Origin: a virus
Taxonomy: Duplodnaviria; Heunggongvirae; Uroviricota; Caudoviricetes
Virus record (IMG/VR): IMGVR_UViG_2778261122_000002
Coordinates: 1 to 4,160 of that record
DNA: 4,160 nt
Reading direction: 5' to 3' (one strand)
Every line of letters starts with the position of its first letter. Position 1 is the stretch's first letter. Below the pieces are notes generated by a model. The model was not told the origin of the DNA and ran no database searches. It saw only the letters and a list, made by a program, of their open reading frames with translations. Made by a program: the position numbers and the translations under genes. Positions 1-4,160 of the stretch are shown in pieces.

Positions 1-327
1 TCAAATAAGTGGTTTGCTGCCTAATTTCATTTTCTGGCGACCAACACAAGTCACACCCATTTCACTGCGTGGCTTGCTGTACCATGTGCGCTGATTCTTG
101 CGCTCAATACGTTGCAGGTTGCTTTCAATCTGTTCGTGGTATTCAGCCAGCACCGTAAGGTCTATCGGATTCAGTGCGCTTTCTACTCGTGATTTCGGTT
201 TGCGATTCAGCGAGATAATAGGGCGGTTAACTGGTTTTGCGCTTACCCCAACCAACAGGGGATTTGCTGCTTTCCATTGAGCCTGTTTCTCTGCGCGACG
301 TTCGCGGCGGCGTGTTTGTGCATCCAT
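1..327 (-). CDS. N: Antitermination protein N (lambda-type), 108 aa
   Basis: Minus-strand ORF; the internal Met at 327 starts MDAQTRRRERRAEKQAQWKAAN, the arginine-rich motif of lambda N. SD-like AGGAGA lies just upstream on the minus strand (+ strand 332-337); stop TGA is the complement of 1..3. The ORF-track 134-aa version uses an upstream in-frame Met at 405 and is probably over-extended. Confidence 0.93.
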   Translation of the reverse strand: MDAQTRRRERRAEKQAQWKAANPLLVGVSAKPVNRPIISLNRKPKSRVESALNPIDLTVLAEYHEQIESNLQRIERKNQRTWYSKPRSEMGVTCVGRQKMKLGSKPLI

Positions 328-485
328 CTGGATTCTCCTGTCAGTTAGCTTTGGTGGTGTGTGGGAGTCGTAGTCCTGAACGAAAACACCCCGCGATTGG
401 CGCATTGGCAGCTAATCCGGATTCGCACTTCCGGCCAATGCTTCGTTTCGTATCACACACCCCAAAGCCTTCTGCTTTGAATGCT

Positions 486-515
486 GCCCTTCTTCAGGGC
501 TTAATTTTTAAGAGC
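486..515 (-). promoter_or_regulatory. nutL N-utilisation site (boxA + boxB hairpin)
   Basis: Minus strand reads GCTCTTAA (boxA, + 508-515), spacer, then GCCCTGAAGAAGGGC (boxB, + 486-500), a 5-bp stem with a purine-rich loop. It lies in the pL leader upstream of N, as in lambda. Confidence 0.8.
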
Positions 516-555
516 ATCACCTTCATGGTGGTTAGTGCGTCCTGCTGATGTGTTT

Positions 556-584
556 AGTATCACCGCCAGTGGTATTTATGTCAA
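556..584 (-). promoter_or_regulatory. pL promoter
   Basis: On the minus strand: -35 TTGACA (+ 579-584), 17-bp spacer, -10 GATACT (+ 556-561). The surrounding sequence matches the classical lambda pL (GGCGGTGTTGACATAAATACCACTGGCGGTGATACT) and is oriented toward N. Confidence 0.88.
558..574. promoter_or_regulatory. oL1 operator (17 bp, cI/Cro binding)
   Basis: TATCACCGCCAGTGGTA: a 17-bp site with the consensus lambda half-site TATCACCGC, overlapping the pL -10. Confidence 0.9.
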
Positions 585-598
585 CACCGCCAGAGATA
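582..598. promoter_or_regulatory. oL2 operator
   Basis: CAACACCGCCAGAGATA: a 17-bp lambda-type operator overlapping the pL -35. Confidence 0.88.
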
Positions 599-601
599 AT
601 T

Positions 602-618
602 TATCACCGCAGATGGTT
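602..618. promoter_or_regulatory. oL3 operator
   Basis: TATCACCGCAGATGGTT: a 17-bp lambda-type operator, 3 bp from oL2. Confidence 0.85.
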
Positions 619-773
619 ATCTGTATGTTTTTTATATGGATTTATTTTTTGCAGGGTTGTGTGGCTTGGGAGGTGATCGAGAGATCTGAATTGCGATGTA
701 TAGTGAGTTGTATCTATTAATTTTCAAATAAATACAATTGGTTATGTGTTATTGGGTGAAGGGGATCGTGAGG

Positions 774-802
774 CAAAGAAAACCCGGCGCTGAGGCCGGG
801 GC
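774..802 (-). terminator. Intrinsic terminator downstream of the rex-slot gene (timm-like)
   Basis: On the minus strand, stem CCCGGC, loop CUCAGC, stem GCCGGG (+ 783-800), followed by UUUUCUUUG. It sits 8 bp past the stop of the 810..1745 gene. The sequence GTGAGGCAAAGAAAACCCGGCGCTGAGGCCGGG matches my recollection of lambda timm. Confidence 0.72.
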
Positions 803-809
803 AATAAAG

Positions 810-1745
810 TTATTCTGCGTCAATATCTTCTACGGTTAGTAGAGGGTGTACCTTATCAAGCAATTGGATGAAATCTTCATAAGTATCGCTTGCTTGCATG
901 AGTGTTGTTACCCCTGTAAGTCTCTTTTGAAGAAGACCATATCCAGTTCCCTCTGATAGAAACTGATGCATTTTTGCACCTGCCTTTTTTGCTTTTGCTC
1001 TTTCTTCCTTTAGCGCATTTCTTAGCTCTGGTGCCATGCGGTCATAAGTTATGTTATTCACAAGATGACCAAAGTATTGCGGTCTCCGCATGTTTGCTTT
1101 GAATGGGACTCCTCTGAGTCTACATAACTCCTCAAAGAATTCTGGCGGATATGTGCTTACCCATGGTCGCATTTCTTTAGCGATGAATTGCTCAAGGAGT
1201 TTTGCCAGTTCATCGCGCTCTCGTTCTTTTTGGTATCCAGTCGCTTCATCAACGAGCGCAACGGCGCCAACTCTAGCTAGAGCTTTATAGAGCGCTTTGG
1301 CTTTTGCAGCTGTATTCAAGTGATGCTTTTGTCGTAGGGCTCCATCCCTCTCAGCATCTGTCCATGCCTCGCAAAGCGCTGGTAGCATAGTAACGTCAAT
1401 GCCATAAGCGACACCTGCACCTGATGTATTTTTATATACAATTGGTTCTGCTAGCGCTTCTCTTAGTTCATCAGAAATATATGGCTGAAGCTCATTTGCT
1501 TGGAGAACATATGGTAATTGACCTGGCTTCCCATTTGGTACCCATCTTGGCATTTTTGAGCCAACAGATACACCGAATGTTTCTGCCAATCCATTTGCAC
1601 CTTGCATTGAAACCACTCTGCGACCATCAGGCAAAACAGCACAAGAAACACCTGTCGCCATTAATCCTGTGTGAGTTGGCTTTGGAGCTGATCTAACGAT
1701 TGCTGACATTGCTGCTGCTTTTTGAGCTCGTTTTTTAGTATCCAT
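810..1745 (-). CDS. Hypothetical protein (311 aa) occupying the rexAB-equivalent slot; function unknown
   Basis: Long uninterrupted minus-strand ORF. The first ATG is at 1745 (MDTKKRAQKAAAMSAIV...), preceded by GGGGGA; the ORF-track start at 1802 is a TTG and less likely. Stop TAA is the complement of 810-812. The product is soluble-looking with a basic N-terminus and an acidic C-terminal tail, with no obvious transmembrane segments and no Walker A or HNH motif visible by eye. It is neither RexA (279 aa) nor the membrane protein RexB by size and composition. Confidence 0.8.
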   Translation of the reverse strand: MDTKKRAQKAAAMSAIVRSAPKPTHTGLMATGVSCAVLPDGRRVVSMQGANGLAETFGVSVGSKMPRWVPNGKPGQLPYVLQANELQPYISDELREALAEPIVYKNTSGAGVAYGIDVTMLPALCEAWTDAERDGALRQKHHLNTAAKAKALYKALARVGAVALVDEATGYQKERERDELAKLLEQFIAKEMRPWVSTYPPEFFEELCRLRGVPFKANMRRPQYFGHLVNNITYDRMAPELRNALKEERAKAKKAGAKMHQFLSEGTGYGLLQKRLTGVTTLMQASDTYEDFIQLLDKVHPLLTVEDIDAE

Positions 1746-1772
1746 AAATCCCCCATATGCTTGGTTATGGTG

Positions 1773-1802
1773 ATGATAGCTTATTTCAAATAAGCAGGGC
1801 AA
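1773..1802 (-). promoter_or_regulatory. Candidate sigma70 promoter for the rex-slot gene
   Basis: On the minus strand: TTGCCC (+ 1797-1802), 18-bp spacer, TATCAT (+ 1773-1778), about 25 nt upstream of the ATG at 1745. Found by eye only; the surrounding AT-rich DNA offers several alternatives. Confidence 0.25.
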
Positions 1803-1958
1803 TGGTAGCTAAATCATTAATTAGCTACAAAATGCATCATTTTTATTTATCTCATTGATATGTATATATTTATCGATAAAATATTTTTAGCTGTTCTGTG
1901 ATTAAGCTAAATATTAATGCTAATTAATGCGTTAGCACAATGTGTGGATCACGACCAA

Positions 1959-1985
1959 TAAAAAAGGCCGCACTTCTGTGCGACC
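1959..1985 (-). terminator. Intrinsic terminator immediately downstream of cI
   Basis: On the minus strand: GGUCGCAC, loop AGAA, GUGCGGCC (8-bp stem with one G-U pair, + 1966-1985), followed by UUUUUUAUU. It begins 5 nt after the cI stop codon. Confidence 0.68.
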
Positions 1986-1990
1986 TTTCA

Positions 1991-2707
<717 letters not shown>

Positions 2708-2710
2708 TTA

Positions 2711-2739
2711 AATCTATCACCGCAAGGGATAAATATCTA
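2711..2739 (-). promoter_or_regulatory. pRM promoter (cI maintenance promoter)
   Basis: On the minus strand: -35 TAGATA (+ 2734-2739), 17-bp spacer, -10 TAGATT (+ 2711-2716). Transcription would start at or near the cI ATG. Confidence 0.85.
2715..2731. promoter_or_regulatory. oR3 operator
   Basis: TATCACCGCAAGGGATA: a 17-bp lambda operator. Confidence 0.9.
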
Positions 2740-2754
2740 ACACCGTGCGTGTTG
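2738..2754. promoter_or_regulatory. oR2 operator
   Basis: TAACACCGTGCGTGTTG: a 17-bp lambda operator overlapping the pR -35. Confidence 0.9.
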
Positions 2755-2780
2755 ACTATTTTACCTCTAGCGGTGATAAT
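2752..2780 (+). promoter_or_regulatory. pR promoter
   Basis: -35 TTGACT (2752-2757), 17-bp spacer, -10 GATAAT (2775-2780); it drives cro and cII. Confidence 0.9.
2762..2778. promoter_or_regulatory. oR1 operator (variant)
   Basis: TACCTCTAGCGGTGATA: a 17-bp operator overlapping the pR -10. It differs at one position (A at 2769) from the canonical lambda oR1 TACCTCTGGCGGTGATA as I recall it. Confidence 0.85.
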
Positions 2781-2795
2781 AGTTGCATGTACTAA

Positions 2796-3005
<210 letters not shown>

Positions 3006-3012
3006 ATAACCC

Positions 3013-3044
3013 CGCTCTTACACATCCCAGCCCTGAAAAAGGGC
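3013..3044 (+). promoter_or_regulatory. nutR (boxA CGCTCTTA + boxB hairpin GCCCTGAAAAAGGGC)
   Basis: boxA at 3013-3020 and the boxB stem-loop at 3030-3044, just downstream of the cro stop. The rho-dependent tR1 region would lie between here and cII (3045-3120) but cannot be delimited by eye. Confidence 0.8.
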
Positions 3045-3104
3045 ATCAAATTAAACCACACTTATGGTGTATGCATTTATTTGCATACATTCAATCAATT
3101 GTTA

Positions 3105-3146
3105 TCTAAGGAAATACTTACATATGGTTCGTGCAAACAAACGCAA
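3105..3146 (-). promoter_or_regulatory. pRE-type promoter with CII binding site (TTGC-N6-TTGC)
   Basis: The minus strand reads TTGCGTTTGTTTGC (+ 3133-3146), the CII recognition repeat flanking the -35, overlapping the start of cII, with an AAGTAT-like -10 at about + 3110-3118. The arrangement is as in lambda pRE and is oriented toward cI. Confidence 0.55.
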
Positions 3147-3417
3147 CGAGGCTCTACGAATCGAGAGTGCGTTGCTTAACAAAATCGCAATGCTTGGAAC
3201 TGAGAAGACAGCGGAAGCTGTGGGAGTTGATAAGTCGCAGATCAGCAGGTGGAAGAGGGACTGGATTCCAAAGTTCTCAATGCTGCTTGCTGTTCTTGAA
3301 TGGGGCGTCGTTGACGACGATATGGCTCGATTGGCACGACAAGTTGCTTCAATTCTCACCAATAAAAAACGCCCGGCGGCAACCGAGCGTTCTGAACAAA
3401 TCCAGATAGAATTCTGA
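3124..3417 (+). CDS. cII: CII transcriptional activator, 97 aa
   Basis: MVRANKRNEALRIESALLNKIAMLGTEKTAEAVGVDKSQISRWKRDWIPKFSMLLAVLEWGVVDDDMARLARQVASILTNKKRPAATERSEQIQIEF matches lambda CII. The ORF-track start at 3064 is an upstream extension; the ATG at 3124 gives the native 97-aa length and has a purine-rich SD-like stretch (TAAGGAAA, 3108-3115) upstream. Confidence 0.95.
   Translation: MVRANKRNEALRIESALLNKIAMLGTEKTAEAVGVDKSQISRWKRDWIPKFSMLLAVLEWGVVDDDMARLARQVASILTNKKRPAATERSEQIQIEF
3364..3388 (-). terminator. oop-type intrinsic terminator, antisense within the 3' end of cII
   Basis: On the minus strand: GCUCGG, loop UUGCCG, CCGGGC, then G and UUUUUU (+ 3364-3388). This corresponds to the terminator of the lambda oop antisense RNA. 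Whether an oop RNA is actually made here is uncertain because the promoter region is altered (see findings). Confidence 0.5.
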
Positions 3418-3449
3418 GGTCATTACTGGATCAATCCACAGGAGTAATT

Positions 3450-3611
3450 ATGACAAAACGTCGTAAGAAATACCAGGAAAAAGAAGAGATTCGACACCCT
3501 GATTCACCTGAGGGATTAGTGGTAGCCGCAGCAAATAACAGGGCGTTCGCAGAGCGCCTTGTTGGTGTTTACAGACTAGCCAAAGCAGGAGTGAAACATG
3601 GGCGTCGTTAA
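3450..3611 (+). CDS. Small basic hypothetical protein (53 aa) at the cII/O junction
   Basis: ATG at 3450 with SD GGAGTAA at 3441-3447; translation MTKRRKKYQEKEEIRHPDSPEGLVVAAANNRAFAERLVGVYRLAKAGVKHGRR; stop TAA at 3609-3611, 14 bp past the O-like ATG. The start codon and RBS are those of lambda O, but the coding sequence diverges after the second codon, so it may be a genuine small gene or an ORF created at the recombination joint. Confidence 0.4.
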   Translation: MTKRRKKYQEKEEIRHPDSPEGLVVAAANNRAFAERLVGVYRLAKAGVKHGRR

Positions 3612-4160
3612 GTTAGCTGATTACAGGCCTCAACTGGAGGTCGTGGAGCATCGCGTGGCAGATACCGAAGATGGTTTCATGCGCGTTGCTAACGAGATTA
3701 CCGACAGTCTGCTGATGGCTGATTTAACCGTCCGGCAGTTGAAGGTGATGCTCGCTATCATGCGCAAGACATACGGATTCAATAAGCCGATGGATCGACT
3801 CACAAACACGCAGATAGCAGCCATGACAGGTATTCATCACACTCATGTTTGCGCTGCCAAGCGCCAGCTTATTGAGCGTAAATTCCTCATTGCTGATGGC
3901 GTGAAAATCGGAGTGAACAAGGTGGTTTCTCAGTGGATTATCCAGGACAGCTTAACATTAGCTAAAACAGCTAATAAAACATTAGCCAAGTCGGCTAATG
4001 GGTATAAGCCAAGTCAGCTAAACACAAAAGACAATATACAAAAGACAATAAATACAAATACCCCCTTACCCCCTAACGGGGGCGGCGATGGGCAGGTTAA
4101 ACCTGAACGTCGCAAGGCAGAACGAATCGACTACGAATCCTTCCTGAACGCCTACAACAC
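3598..4160 (+). CDS. Replication initiator, lambda O-like (5' partial; continues beyond window end)
   Basis: ATG at 3598 with SD AGGAG at 3586-3590; the frame stays open to the window end (187 codons). MGVVKLADYRPQLEVVEHRVADTEDGFMRVANEITDSLLMADLTVRQLKVMLAIMRKTYGFNKPMDRLTNTQIAAMTGI... aligns with the lambda O N-terminal domain (lambda: ...DLTKRQFKVLLAILRKTYGWNKPMDRITDSQLSEITKL), clearly homologous but divergent. Iterons and an AT-rich ori lie inside the coding sequence, as in lambda O. Confidence 0.88.
   Translation, partial: MGVVKLADYRPQLEVVEHRVADTEDGFMRVANEITDSLLMADLTVRQLKVMLAIMRKTYGFNKPMDRLTNTQIAAMTGIHHTHVCAAKRQLIERKFLIADGVKIGVNKVVSQWIIQDSLTLAKTANKTLAKSANGYKPSQLNTKDNIQKTINTNTPLPPNGGGDGQVKPERRKAERIDYESFLNAYN
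3957..4022. repeat. ori iterons: three 19-bp palindromic repeats on a 23-24 bp period inside the O-like gene
   Basis: ATTAGCTAAAACAGCTAAT (3957-3975), ATTAGCCAAGTCGGCTAAT (3981-3999) and ATAAGCCAAGTCAGCTAAA (4004-4022). Each has dyad symmetry (TTAGCY...RGCTAA); a possible degenerate fourth copy lies around 3945-3956. Confidence 0.7.
4023..4061. other. AT-rich DNA-unwinding-element-like segment of the putative ori
   Basis: ACACAAAAGACAATATACAAAAGACAATAAATACAAATAC, containing a tandem CAAAAGACAATA repeat (4025-4036 and 4039-4050), immediately followed by a GC-rich block CCCCCTTACCCCCTAACGGGGGCGGCG (4062-4088). This iteron, AT-rich, GC-rich order mirrors lambda ori. Confidence 0.5.

Noticed and set aside
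98-280. Plus-strand 60-aa ORF inside N
   Set aside because: Antisense within a well-supported CDS, with no start context.
1-405. 134-aa extended version of N starting at the Met at 405 (MRQSRGVFVQDYDSH...)
   Set aside because: The Met at 327 starts the conserved arginine-rich motif and has an AGGAGA SD; the upstream extension runs through the pL leader with no SD, so it is read-through of an in-frame upstream ATG rather than the real start.
237-548. Plus-strand 103-aa ORF across the N leader and nutL
   Set aside because: It is antisense to the pL transcript, has no SD, overlaps known regulatory RNA elements, and has a proline/serine-rich low-complexity translation; likely spurious.
535-720. 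Plus-strand 61-aa ORF across pL/oL
   Set aside because: It overlaps the operators and promoter, has no SD, and gives an implausible hydrophobic peptide; spurious.
1090-1696. Plus-strand ORFs (66 and 90 aa) and a minus-strand out-of-frame ORF (62 aa, 1463..1651) inside the rex-slot gene
   Set aside because: All are nested in or antisense to the long 311-aa ORF and lack ribosome-binding sites; typical shadow ORFs.
810-1802. 330-aa version of the rex-slot gene starting at 1802
   Set aside because: The codon at 1800-1802 is TTG with no SD; the first ATG (1745) is preceded by a G-rich SD-like sequence. The 311-aa form is preferred, though the longer form is not strictly excluded.
810-1990. Expectation of rexA and rexB between N and cI
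   Set aside because: No membrane-protein ORF and no pair of ORFs of the right sizes; the interval holds one unrelated 311-aa ORF. Rex is absent.
3064-3123. N-terminal extension of cII to 117 aa (MVYAFICIHSINCYLRKYLH...)
   Set aside because: The extension covers the tR1/pRE leader; the ATG at 3124 gives the canonical 97-aa CII with an upstream SD-like sequence.
3102-3409. Minus-strand 86-aa and plus-strand out-of-frame 92-aa ORFs within cII
   Set aside because: Nested in or antisense to cII; no SD; shadow ORFs.
3630-3824. Minus-strand 64-aa ORF inside the O-like gene
   Set aside because: Antisense to a CDS with clear homology to phage O; shadow ORF.
3957-4061. The iteron and tandem-repeat region as a possible CRISPR array or mobile-element terminal repeat
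   Set aside because: The repeats are short (19 bp) and palindromic with 4-5 bp gaps, lie in-frame inside an O-like gene, and are followed by an AT-rich block: the signature of a phage replication origin, not a CRISPR array or IS end.

Overview
This window is the immunity region of a lambdoid (imm-lambda type) prophage or phage, but it is a mosaic rather than canonical lambda. Collinear lambda-type elements, left to right: N (minus strand, 1..327), nutL, pL with oL1-oL3, a timm-like terminator, cI (minus, 1991..2704), the pRM/oR3-oR2-oR1/pR switch, cro (2805..3005), nutR, cII (3124..3417) with a pRE-type site, and the oop terminator. Three modules depart from lambda as I recall it: (1) the slot between timm and the cI stop, where lambda carries rexB-rexA, holds instead a single 311-aa gene of unknown function (minus, 810..1745) with its own AT-rich upstream region, and cI is followed by a strong intrinsic terminator; (2) the replication module is swapped exactly at the lambda O start codon, giving a 53-aa basic ORF (3450..3611) overlapping the start of a divergent O-like initiator (3598..>4160) that contains palindromic iterons and an AT-rich ori; (3) the C-terminal ~20 residues of N differ. 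The single-gene rex-slot cargo is the strongest candidate for an undescribed accessory (possibly exclusion or defence) function. All comparisons to lambda are from memory and not from a database search.
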